Assembly: GCA_027923505.1 (NCBI GenBank)
Contig: BROI01000002.1
Coordinates: forward strand, 2,542,001-2,606,000
Length of the DNA: 64,000 bases
From: Mayamaea pseudoterrestris
Taxonomy: Eukaryota
Direction: 5' to 3'
Within the stretch, counting starts at the first letter, position 1. Every line of letters begins with the position of its first letter. Positions 46,196-57,866 of this stretch are shown here, in pieces. The notes beneath the pieces were generated by a model. It was not told where the DNA came from. It did no database searches and was given only the letters and a program-made list of their open reading frames with translations. The translations under genes were made by a program, and so were the position numbers.

Positions 46196-49100
46196 CCCTC
46201 CTTGCTCGTATCGACGACCTTTTTGAAACCATTATAGATGAACGCAGCATGCCTCGTATGCGTCTCCTCCTTGCAATTCTTTGACGTTATATCAGCAGGG
46301 TTCTCTTCCGACTTGATGTACTCAAACTTGATCCGTTTCTCCGCCGTCAACTCCGTCAGGAACCGATGCCTAATGTCAATGTGTTTCGTCCTTTGCCCCA
46401 CTTGATTATTATCTGCCAAGAATATCGCACCAGTGTTATCCGCATGGATGATAGCTGGACTTGGAGGATCCTTGCCAATGATTTCCCTTAACAAGTTCGT
46501 CTCGAAGATGATTTCTTTCGCTTCTTCCGCTTGACCAACGTACTCGGCTTCCGTACTTGAAAGAGCAACGCTTCCTTGCTTCTTCGACTGCCAACTAACT
46601 AAGCAGTTGCCTCCGACCGTTGTCAAGTTGCTATTGATGCTGCGCCGATCGTTCTTATCGGACGCCCAATCAGTGTCGGTGTATCCTTCCGGGCGCAAGT
46701 TCTCTGGCGTCCTCAACTTCAATGGCTTGGCGTTATGCTTTAGATATCCCATCAAGCGTGCCAACGCCTTCCAATGCTCCTTTCCAGGATTCGCCAAGTG
46801 CGATGACAAGTCCCTAACCGCGTTGCTGCAATCTGGGTAGACCTTCCTCACAGCGAAGAGCACTTTGCCGATATGCTTTCGATACGCCGCCACGCTGATG
46901 ATGCTTCCTTCGTTCTTCACCAAGAACCCCTCCTGCCGCTGGGGTTGGATAGAACTTGAGCTTCCCTCCTGATATCCTTTTCGAACGCCGCTATCATCTC
47001 ATCGGTATACTGTTTCATCGAGCACTCGGCACAGTAACGCCGTGCTCGTCCGATTTCAACTCGTAGTCCACGCCAAGGAATCGTTCCAACGGACCCAAGT
47101 CCTTGATCTCGACATGCTTCTTGATCCAAGCTTTCAACTTGTCTGTTTCGCTTGTGTAGCCCGAGTTGATAACGTCGTCAACGTAAACCGTCACGATCAA
47201 GACCAGTTCACCGTCGACATGCTTTAGAAAGACGCACGGATCCGTCTTCGACTGCACCAAGTTCATGTGCTTCGCATCCTTGAGCAGCTTGATAAAGTAC
47301 TGCTGCCACAGTCTCGACGCGTTCACTTGTCCATACTGGGTCATTGACAGACGAATGCAGTGTGTCGTGCGATTGAATGTCCTTCCTTGCGACTCGCAAT
47401 AGTCTTCGTAAAGGACTGGCGCCTCGATGTACAGCTCCGTCTCCGCTGGCGCTTGCAAGAATGCCGCGCACACATCGAACACTTCCGCCACTTTCCACAC
47501 TTCCGTTCGCTTCGCATTGACTCGCTTGCCTGCATCCAACTGCTTCTTCTTGTATAGCGACACACCAAGATGAGTGCGGATTGATTGATCGACTGGCGTC
47601 GACGCAAAACTCTCTTCAAAATCAATTCCTGGCACCATTTCGTATCCAAGCACTGTATTCCTTACGCGCGCTTCAATTTCCTTTGTGATCGGGTTCATCT
47701 TGTACGTAAAGACGTTCTTCGTTCCAAGTGTCTTTCGATTAGGAGGACGAGGGACTTCAGTCCACGCTTTGCCATCAAACTTGCCATACTCAATGAACGT
47801 AGGCTGCTCCCAAGTGGCTCGATTCTGCTCATTGTACGCCTCCCTCCAGTTCTTCGGGACAGGCGGTGGCGACTTGCCTGAAACCACAGCAAAGACTAGA
47901 TCTGCAAGGTTAACTGGATCCTCATGGTCACTTGTGATGGATCCTCCCTCCTCGATTGCAATCACGGGCGCGCCAGCCGTGCCCTCCTCGCCGCTAACGT
48001 CGCCAACTCCGATAGGTGCGCCACCATGTGCAAGTTGTTCTCCAGCTTCGATCTCCTCCGTTAAATCAACCACAGCTCCACGATCAATCACCTCGTTTAG
48101 TACGCGACCTTGCATCAACTGCTGTCCATGGTCAACTTCGATATCAGCAGCTGAATCCCTCCTCAAGGGAGCACCACGAACGAGTCATGATCGGCGAGCG
48201 CATCGGCACATTGCGCGGCGGGCGAGGGCCAGTGCGCGCCGGCGCAGTCGTGCCATCATCCTCCACTTTTCCATCCGGAGGCATTCCACCATGACCAAAG
48301 CTCCCCAACGATTCATCGTCAGACTCTTCAAAGAAACCTTCTTCATTGCCATCATCGTCGTCGTCTGTACCCTTTTTAACGAAAGGATAGACCCACCGAA
48401 CATCTTTTGTGGCAATCACTTTACGTGTGGATCGCTTGTAAACCAAGCACGTTCCTGCAGCGTGGCGTGGAGCGTGTCCCACATAAAAGCATTCCTCCGC
48501 CTTGGGGACAAAATGGCGTTGATTCACCATGGGGATCTTGTAATAACCACGCGCTCCAAAGGGAAGCAGATTCTTTGCTCGCACAGGCACAGTCTCTTTG
48601 AAAGGGGTGTAAGCGTCGGTATATCCAAGGCGCGGAATCAAATTGTCCTTTACCGTCGCCAGCTCGAGGCAATTTCCCCACAACGCCATCGTCTCAGCGT
48701 GGGTCAACTGATTCTCCTCAGCCATCATACTTGCGTGTCCCTTGTTGCGGATTGTTGGAAACGCTCTCTCCACACGGCCGTTCTGCCTTGGCGTGTGAGG
48801 CGCCGTCTGCTCTATCTTGATTCCTCGAACCAAGCATGGCTCGACAAGCAGCTCCCATTCCGGCGCGTTGTCGACAAAGCGAAGAAAACACAACGGAACT
48901 CCCCCTTCAACCAATCAATCAACGCAACAATCTGCTCGGTAAACTCGTTCTTCTGAGCGCCAAAGTAGCTCCACTTGCGACGAGTTGCATCATCGACGAT
49001 CAAGCACCAGTAACGATTCTTGCCGAGAGACTCTTTATACGGACCGCTCAAGTCGAGAAACAAACGCTCACCAGGATGCTTCGCCTCTATCTCCGTCTTC

Positions 49101-51239
49101 TTCTTCACGTTCTGCGACTTAGCTTTCGCCTTCTCGCAACAAAGCCAACGTTCCGACAAGCTTCCAACCAAATTGCTTCGCCATGAGCTTCAAGTGCGAC
49201 ATACCAACGTGTCCCAAGCGACAGTGCGCCTCGTTGATATCAATTCGACGCATGGTCGGCGCCGAAGAATCTTCCTTTTCATCATCGAGCGCATTACCAG
49301 CAGCTTCTCCAAGTGAAAGAGACAACGTGCGCTGCGTCTGCTCGTCTCGCGATGCCTCCAAGTAAAAAAGTTTACCGTCGGGGTCACGCTCAAAGTTGAT
49401 TCCACGCTCCCTTCCCTTCGTTGTTGTCCAAGCGACTCGAATACGCTCCTTGCTCACCGACTTGACGAAACATCCTTTATCCAAAAGCTTGCTCAAACTG
49501 ATAATGTTGCGAGGAAACTGCGCCATGATCGGTACCTCCGTCAAGACAAAACGAGTACCATCCTTCGTCACAAGCGGCAAGTCTCCCATCTGAGTTGCCA
49601 CGCAGCGAGTTCCATCGGCAATGATCAAGGTACGGTTGCAAGCCCTCAAGTTCACCATCGCATCAGCGCAATGGACTCCGTGCGTTCCGCTGCCCGAGTC
49701 CAGCATGTACTTGTTGTCGTAAGCTTCGTCGCGATCCGAGACTGCAAAAACCAAGTGCTTCTCCTCTTTGTCGACCTTCGATCCATTGGTAAGTGAATTG
49801 TTGTTATCGATGCTCTCGTTCGGGCGTAACAAGACGGGCATCTCACTCGAATCATCGCTATCATATCCACTCAGATTGCGAGGATTCAAGCTCGGAATTG
49901 ATGATCCGCTTTCAGTGCTTTCGTCGTCCCAATTCGTGTCGCACGGGACCGAATCGCCATCTTCGCTATCATTGAAGAAAGACCAGTCATCATCGTCTTC
50001 CTCAATCTCCATGGTCGAGCGCTGGTTGCAAATCCATTCGAGCGCTCCCATTGGCTCTCCATACGGGGCTGACGTCAGATGCACCTCCGTCGGCAGCTCA
50101 CACGATTCCTCTGACGTCACTGGCACCTCCATCGACTGCTCCTCCATGACGGCCATCAACCAAGGATCCTCGTCTTCCGAGTCTTCCGCATTAGAGCGAC
50201 TGCCTTGACTGTTGTTGCTCTTCTTCTTCGGGCACTTGCTAGCGTAATGACCCTTCTCACCGCAAACGAAACAGGTAACTGTCTTCTTCTTGTCGCCGTT
50301 TCCTTTGCCGCCGCCGCCGCCATTGTTCTTCGCGTTGCCGCCCTTCTCACCCTTGTCATCCTTCTTCTTGTCAGGACAATCGCGCTTGACATGACCAAAC
50401 TTGTTACACTTGAAGCAGCGTTTCAATGGTGGCTTGCCAGGCCAAGTAGCTAAAGCCAAGTCGTCGCCTTTCTTGCCTCCCTTGCCGCCTGGGTTTCCGC
50501 TCACTTTCCACTCCTCGACAATCAACTCCTTAAAGTCCTTCAAGGTAAACGTTTCCTTCATAACGTTGCCGCGATGAGCTGAGCAGAAAGGCGCCCAAGC
50601 TGTCGAGCGCTGGAGACACTGGAAGATGGTCGACTTCTTCTGGTTTTCGTCGTTCATGTACTTGGGGTCAACGTCTCCCAAGCGAGTGTTGGCAAGCTCA
50701 AGATCCGCCAACCAATCATGCGCCGTTGTGTAATTCCCCGGGACACAGTCAGAATACTCCTTCTGGAGCTGCGGGAGATCCGATATCATGTTGCCAGCCT
50801 CGAACTCTTCCTTCAGGAGCTCCCACATGGCAAACGCGGTAGTCTGCGCGCTAACTCGACGCATCAGGGCATGATTCTCAATGCTATTGACGATAGCAGC
50901 TTGAGCTTTGGCGTTCATTTCATGGAGACGCAACTCTTGGGTAGTCGCTTCGCGAGTGGTTTTCGTCCCAGTGCTTCTCCCGTTCGAATCCTTCTCCTCC
51001 TCCTCAATTTCCATCATGAGGTACTCATCAGGACTCAACAACTTGTGCTTCGCCAACTTAGACAAGTCCTTGTTCACCGCACCGAGCGCTCCCAACCCTT
51101 CAATCAACGCGAGGATCTGCGGCTTCCAGTCCTTCCACGTCTCCTTCAACCCGTTCCACGGGACTTTGCGTAGGTTCTTGGCTTCCATGGTGCTTGGCAT
51201 CTTGTCTTGAATCCTTTCTAAGTCGATCGTTTTAAAACG

Positions 51240-51612
51240 TGTTAGAAAGTACAGTTGTACAATACCAAATAAAGACTCTGCAATTGCTAACGATACTCGA
51301 TATTATGATCTTATTCTGCTGCAAACTACAATCGCTCCTCTCGCATCTTCAAGAGGTATCCTCTTCTGCAACTTGCCTCAAGTTGCGCTCAATATAGAGC
51401 ATAAAGTAGCCATTCGGGCTGACGTTTGCACTTAACCACGTAAGCTTGCAGACTGACGCAAGCTCTTCTTGCAATTCAAGTTGAATCGCACCTTGTTGCT
51501 TTCTTTGGACCGTTTTGGCTTCTTGCGGGTTACCTCAGTCCACTCATCGTTAGCTAACTCATCCTCATCCTTAAGTCGGTCCGAGCACCGTGAAGACTCG
51601 CTATTCACAACA
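51240..51612 (-). repeat. 373-bp LTR shared by the tandem copies (5' LTR of copy 1, 3' LTR of copy 2)
   Basis: Same sequence as 45823-46195 at offset 5417; gag leader on one side and the copy 2 polypurine tract on the other. Confidence 0.93.
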
Positions 51613-51848
51613 CCCTCCTTGCTCGTATCGACGACCTTTTTGAAACCATTATAGATGAACGCAGCATGCCTCGTATGCGTCTCCTCCTTGCAATTCTTTG
51701 ACGTTATATCAGCAGGGTTCTCTTCCGACTTGATGTACTCAAACTTGATCCGTTTCTCCGCCGTCAACTCCGTCAGGAACCGATGCCTAATGTCAATGTG
51801 TTTCGTCCTTTGCCCCACTTGATTATTATCTGCCAAGAATATCGCACC

Positions 51849-52476
51849 AGTGTTATCCGCATGGATGATAGCTGGACTTGGAGGATCCTTGCCAATGATT
51901 TCCCTTAACAAGTTCGTCTCGAAGATGATTTCTTTCGCTTCTTCCGCTTGACCAACGTACTCGGCTTCCGTACTTGAAAGAGCAACGCTTCCTTGCTTCT
52001 TCGACTGCCAACTAACTAAGCAGTTGCCTCCGACCGTTGTCAAGTTGCTATTGATGCTGCGCCGATCGTTCTTATCGGACGCCCAATCAGTGTCGGTGTA
52101 TCCTTCCGGGCGCAAGTTCTCTGGCGTCCTCAACTTCAATGGCTTGGCGTTATGCTTTAGATAGTGTTATCCGCATGGATGATAGCTGGACTTGGAGGAT
52201 CCTTGCCAATGATTTCCCTTAACAAGTTCGTCTCGAAGATGATTTCTTTCGCTTCTTCCGCTTGACCAACGTACTCGGCTTCCGTACTTGAAAGAGCAAC
52301 GCTTCCTTGCTTCTTCGACTGCCAACTAACTAAGCAGTTGCCTCCGACCGTTGTCAAGTTGCTATTGATGCTGCGCCGATCGTTCTTATCGGACGCCCAA
52401 TCAGTGTCGGTGTATCCTTCCGGGCGCAAGTTCTCTGGCGTCCTCAACTTCAATGGCTTGGCGTTATGCTTTAGAT
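51849..52476. repeat. Exact 314-bp tandem duplication in the RNase H region of copy 2
   Basis: AGTGTTATCCGCATGG...GCTTTAGAT starts at both 51849 and 52163; copy 1 has it once. Confidence 0.92.
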
Positions 52477-55404
52477 ATCCCATCAAGCGTGCCAACGCCT
52501 TCCAATGCTCCTTTCCAGGATTCGCCAAGTGCGATGACAAGTCCCTAACCGCGTTGCTGCAATCTGGGTAGACCTTCCTCACAGCGAAGAGCACTTTGCC
52601 GATATGCTTTCGATACGCCGCCACGTTGATGATGCTTCCTTCGTTCTTCACCAAGACACTCCCTCCTGCCGCTGGGGTTGGATAGAACTTGAGCTCCCTC
52701 CTGATATCCTTTTCGAACGCCGCTATCATCTCATCGGTATACTGTTTCATCGAGCACTCGAAGTACACGCCGTGCTCGTCCGATTTCAACTCGTAGTCCA
52801 CGCCAAGGAATCGTTCCAACGGACCCAAGTCCTTGATCTCGACATGCTTCTTGATCCAAGCTTTCAACTTGTCTGTTTCGCTTGTGTAGCCCGAGTTGAT
52901 AACGTCGTCAACGTAAACCGTCACGATCAAGACCAGTTCACCGTCGACATGCTTTAGAAAGACGCACGGATCCGTCTTCGACTGCACCAAGTTCATGTGC
53001 TTCGCATCCTTGAGCAGCTTGATAAAGTACTGCTGCCACAGTCTCGACGCGTTCACTTGTCCATACTGGGTCATTGACAGACGAATGCAGTGTGTCGTGC
53101 GATTGAATGTCCTTCCTTGCGACTCGCAATAGTCTTCGTAAAGGACTGGCGCCTCGATGTACAGCTCCGTCTCCGCTGGCGCTTGCAAGAATGCCGCGCA
53201 CACATCGAACACTTCCGCCACTTTCCACACTTCCGTTCGCTTCGCATTGACTCGCTTGCCTGCATCCAACTGCTTCTTCTTGTATAGCGACACACCAAGA
53301 TGAGTGCGGATTGATTGATCGACTGGCGTCGACGCAAAACTCTCTTCAAAATCAATTCCTGGCACCATTTCGTATCCAAGCACTGTATTCCTTACGCGCG
53401 CTTCAATTTCCTTTGTGATCGGGTTCATCTTGTACGTAAAGACGTTCTTCGTTCCAAGTGTCTTTCGATTAGGAGGACGAGGGACTTCAGTCCACGCTTT
53501 GCCATCAAACTTGCCATACTCAATGAACGTAGGCTGCTCCCAAGTGGCTCGATTCTGCTCATTGTACGCCTCCCTCCAGTTCTTCGGGACAGGCGGTGGC
53601 GACTTGCCTGAAACCACAGCAAAGACTAGATCTGCAAGGTTAACTGGATCCTCATGGTCACTTGTGATGGATCCTCCCTCCTCGATTGCAATCACGGGCG
53701 CGCCAGCGCGTGCCTCCTCGCCGCTAACGTCGCCAACTCCGATAGGTGCGCCACCATGTGCAAGTTGTTCTCCAGCTTCGATCTCCTCCGTTAAATCAAC
53801 CACAGCTCCACGATCAATCACCTCGTTTAGTACGCGACCTTGCATCAACTGCTGTCCATGGTCAACTTCGATATCAGCAGCTGAATCCCTCCTCAAGGGA
53901 GCACCACGAGAACGAGTCATGATCGGCGAGCGCATCGGCACATTGCGCGGCGGGCGAGGGCCAGTGCGCGCCGGCGCAGTCGTGCCATCATCCTCCACTT
54001 TTCCATCCGGAGGCATTCCACCATGACCAAAGCTCCCCAACGATTCATCGTCAGACTCTTCAAAGAAACCTTCTTCATTGCCATCATCGTCGTCGTCTGT
54101 ACCCTTTTTAACGAAAGGATAGACCCACCGAACATCTTTTGTGGCAATCACTTTACGTGTGGATCGCTTGTAAACCAAGCACGTTCCTGCAGCGTGGCGT
54201 GGAGCGTGTCCCACATAAAAGCATTCCTCCGCCTTGGGGACAAAATGGCGTTGATTCACCATGGGGATCTTGTAATAACCACGCGCTCCAAAGGGAAGCA
54301 GATTCTTTGCTCGCACAGGCACAGTCTCTTTGAAAGGGGTGTAAGCGTCGGTATATCCAAGGCGCGGAATCAAATTGTCCTTTACCGTCGCCAGCTCGAG
54401 GCAATTTCCCCACAACGCCATCGTCTCAGCGTGGGTCAACTGATTCTCCTCAGCCATCATACTTGCGTGTCCCTTGTTGCGGATTGTTGGAAACGCTCTC
54501 TCCACACGGCCGTTCTGCCTTGGCGTGTGAGGCGCCGTCTGCTCTATCTTGATTCCTCGAACCAAGCATGGCTCGACAAGCAGCTCCCATTCCGGCGCGT
54601 TGTCACAACGAAGAAAACGACAACGGAACTCCTTCGCCTTTAACCAATCAATCAACGCAACAATCTGCTCGGTAAACTCGTTCTTCTGAGCGCCAAAGTA
54701 GCTCCACTTGCGACGAGTTGCATCATCGACGATCAAGCACCAGTAACGATTCTTGCCGAGAGACTCTTTATACGGACCGCTCAAGTCGAGAAACAAACGC
54801 TCACCAGGATGCTTCGCCTCTATCTCCGTCTTCTTCTTCACGTTCTGCGACTTAGCTTTCGCCTTCTCGCAAGCAACGCAAAAAGCCAACGTTCCGACAA
54901 GCTTCCAACCAAATTGCTTCGCCATGAGCTTCAAGTGCGACATACCAACGTGTCCCAAGCGACAGTGCGCCTCGTTGATATCAATTCGACGCATGGTCGG
55001 CGCCGAAGAATCTTCCTTTTCATCATCGAGCGCATTACCAGCAGCTTCTCCAAGTGAAAGAGACAACGTGCGCTGCGTCTGCTCGTCTCGCGATGCCTCC
55101 AAGTAAAAAAGTTTACCGTCGGGGTCACGCTCAAAGTTGATTCCACGCTCCCTTCCCTTCGTTGTTGTCCAAGCGACTCGAATACGCTCCTTGCTCACCG
55201 ACTTGACGAAACATCCTTTATCCAAAAGCTTGCTCAAACTGATAATGTTGCGAGGAAACTGCGCCATGATCGGTACCTCCGTCAAGACAAAACGAGTACC
55301 ATCCTTCGTCACAAGCGGCAAGTCTCCCATCTGAGTTGCCACGCAGCGAGTTCCATCGGCAATGATCAAGGTACGGTTGCAAGCCCTCAAGTTCACCATC
55401 GCAT

Positions 55405-56130
55405 GTGGCCGACGCATCGCCCAAATGCCCAGTCTGCTCCCCCAGCGGCACATTGCACGCCGTACTGAGCTTTGGCGAGCTCTATGAACAAGGTCGAACG
55501 AAAGATACAGAGGTCTGTGGTCACGCGATTCTACCCTTGGCCCCTCCGAAACTGCACAAACGGGAAGAAGTGTTTGCGGTGGGTGCTTTGTCCTGTACCA
55601 CCGTCAAGGGTGATCGACGATGGCTTTTGATCCGTCGGCCAAGCAACGGCTTGCTTGCCAACCAGTGGGAGTTTCCGGCTGCCATTCTTTGGAATAGTGA
55701 CGAAGCGTCCGCCAACGATGAGAAGAAGCCGAGAGGGCGACAAGACATGTCGACCCAGATACCTGCCTTTTGCAAGCTTGTCAGAATGAAGGCGTTAGAT
55801 AGTCTGTTACGAGATGTAAGGCCCGCAGATGTGTCAGAGCACTTTTCGCCTTTCCAGGCAATGAAGCGGATTCATGTCGGCGAAAGGCCGATCGAGCACA
55901 TTTTTAGTCATGTGAGGCATACCATGTGGATTGAGCATGCACACATGAAGGCCAAACCTGAAGTATTGGAATGGATCGATGCCAACGGAAGACAGGTACG
56001 ATGGTTGAATGAGAGTGACATGGGTAAAGTCGGTGTCACGTCGGGAATGAAGAAAATACTTAAGGCACTTGAGAAGAATCCTGTGGCGTTGTCAACGATG
56101 CCGACCACTACCGCCAAGCGCAAACGATAG
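55405..56130 (+). pseudogene. mutY: MutY 3' part (NUDIX-like 8-oxoG recognition domain)
   Basis: [23 protein letters not shown] and GVTSGMKK; same strand as the 5' part. Confidence 0.85.
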
Positions 56131-56185
56131 CTGTGATTGGCAACTACCGGTAGCTTTATAAAAAATAGAGTCTTTACTGGGTTCA

Positions 56186-57430
56186 TCATTCTTCATCTAT
56201 CCCTTTAACTCCTAGTTGCTTTCTGGCCTGATCAAGAATCTTCATCTGCACCATTGTTTCGGCCAACGAATATTGTGGCGCTTCCAATTTGCCTGCGGCA
56301 ATGCATCGAGCGACTGCAGCTGCCTCATAGCAGAAACCGGCCGAGTTTGGATAAACGTAACCTCCAGCTTGTTTAATTTCGTCCGTGTCTACTGGTAATG
56401 GGTAGTGATAAACAAGCTCTTCAGCCGACTGTCCGCGCCCATGTGCCTTGAGCACAACCTTGACCGTCGTTGGACAATGGCATGGGGTGAGAATAGAAAG
56501 GCGACCCTTGGTACCAACGACCGTTGTCACTTCTTCACTTTCCCCGAGCATTCCGTACATCATGGTTGCAACGCCGGCGCCGGGTAGCTTGGGTGTGTTT
56601 TCATCCTTTTGACTCGAGTCAAGAGCAGGGCTTTGGTCGCTTGTTGGAGGAAACGAGACTGTCAAGGCAGCCTGCAGGTCAACACCTGTCGGTCCATCCA
56701 CTTGGCCGACGGCATGTACGCTGCTCGGTTCTCGTCCGCCAAAGAATAAGGTGCATGCCGCAACAGGATAAGCGCCAGTCATTAGAGTAGCCCCACCTCC
56801 CTTGTTGCGCTGAAACAAGAAGGAGGTCGGATAGGCGTCGTCGTTGTCACTGGCGTTAAAGTTAAAGTCAGATGTCACAGATACAACAGCACCCAAAACA
56901 CCTGGAACAAAAGTAGTGTTATCCGACTCGTATCCGCCCAAGACAAGTCGTCGCGCTTGTTCCACGGCCGGAAAGAATCGCGTCCACATTCCTTCCATAC
57001 AAAATACCTTGTGTTTCCGCGCAAGCTCAATCAAGTAGAGTGCATCGTCGGCGTTGCAGGCAAACGGCTTTTCCAGCAGCACATGCTTGCCGGCCGTGAT
57101 GCAAAGTTCGCCGTCAGTGCGACGAAACGAATGAACGTTTCCAACGTAGACAATGTCAATGTCAGGATCATGCGCTAGCTCCTGGTACGAGGAGTATGCG
57201 TTCGGTATATTGTGCTTGTCTGCAAAGAATTTTGCTTTCTCGTAGTCTCCATTAGCGGCACAAGCAACGACGCTTGCTGTCGACAGGTGCTTCAATGCCT
57301 GGCAAAAGTCGTGCGAGACACGGCCGCATCCAAGCATGCCCCACCGCAGTGGCGGGCAGTCCAGAATTCCAACCGATGGGTCGTCTAGCGGAGGAGGCGG
57401 TGTGGATGGTGGCAAAGCTGAAAGTGACAT
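56186..57430 (-). CDS. Gfo/Idh/MocA oxidoreductase (dihydrodiol dehydrogenase-like)
   Basis: LRWGMLGCGRVSHDF, DPDIDIVYVG, GKHVLLEKP and MEGMWTRFFP. Confidence 0.9.
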   Translation of the reverse strand: MSLSALPPSTPPPPLDDPSVGILDCPPLRWGMLGCGRVSHDFCQALKHLSTASVVACAANGDYEKAKFFADKHNIPNAYSSYQELAHDPDIDIVYVGNVHSFRRTDGELCITAGKHVLLEKPFACNADDALYLIELARKHKVFCMEGMWTRFFPAVEQARRLVLGGYESDNTTFVPGVLGAVVSVTSDFNFNASDNDDAYPTSFLFQRNKGGGATLMTGAYPVAACTLFFGGREPSSVHAVGQVDGPTGVDLQAALTVSFPPTSDQSPALDSSQKDENTPKLPGAGVATMMYGMLGESEEVTTVVGTKGRLSILTPCHCPTTVKVVLKAHGRGQSAEELVYHYPLPVDTDEIKQAGGYVYPNSAGFCYEAAAVARCIAAGKLEAPQYSLAETMVQMKILDQARKQLGVKGIDEE

Positions 57431-57866
57431 TTGTTTCTAAAGCAGGGCCGTCGATGTAGTGCTTTTACTACGTGATAAGAATGATTTGTGTCTGCCATGG
57501 TGATGATTGCCGATCAGCGCCCAAGTGCGTCAGTCTCCGTAGAGAAGAACAAAAATGAAAACGAACCTTTCTACTTCTTTTATACTCACACTTTCATTTG
57601 ATCGAAAACTGGCCTCGAGAGCTAGTCGTCTGCATACAAGTTATGATAGAGTATGTTTTCTCGTATATACAGTACAGAGAGTATATTTGAAGCTAATGCC
57701 ACAGTAACTGCAATCATTTAATCTTAGAAGTCAGTGTGAGTTACGGTGGCTAGCTGTTGTAATATTCGAATGACTTCCAAGCCGTATCATACAACCAAAC
57801 AAACTCTTCGTGGCGTGTTCAATGGATCATCTATTGCTTCTATTCTACTGTTAAATCAGTCGCACG

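Larger units (their letters stand above)
45823..51612 (-). mobile_element. Full-length Ty1/copia LTR retrotransposon, copy 1 (gag-pol ~51200 to 46015, with several small indels)
   Basis: Gag with two CCHC knuckles (CFKCNKFGHVKRDC, CFVCGEKGHYASKC), protease LDSG, integrase HHCC and DDE, RT YVDD and RNase H TDTDWA..STEAEY..KHIDIR, in the copia order PR-IN-RT-RH. Confidence 0.95.
51240..55404 (-). mobile_element. Ty1/copia copy 2, 5'-truncated within the protease region; pol open from 55404 to 52157
   Basis: Near-identical to copy 1 until ...TTCACCATCGCAT at 55404, then non-element sequence; no gag and no far LTR. Confidence 0.93.

Noticed and set aside
47685..48956. 423-aa antisense ORF in the copia element
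   Set aside because: It depends on a copy 1 indel and is split in copy 2; a shadow ORF.
55405..55453. N-terminus of the 1098-aa pol ORF
   Set aside because: These codons are antisense MutY sequence beyond the truncation junction.
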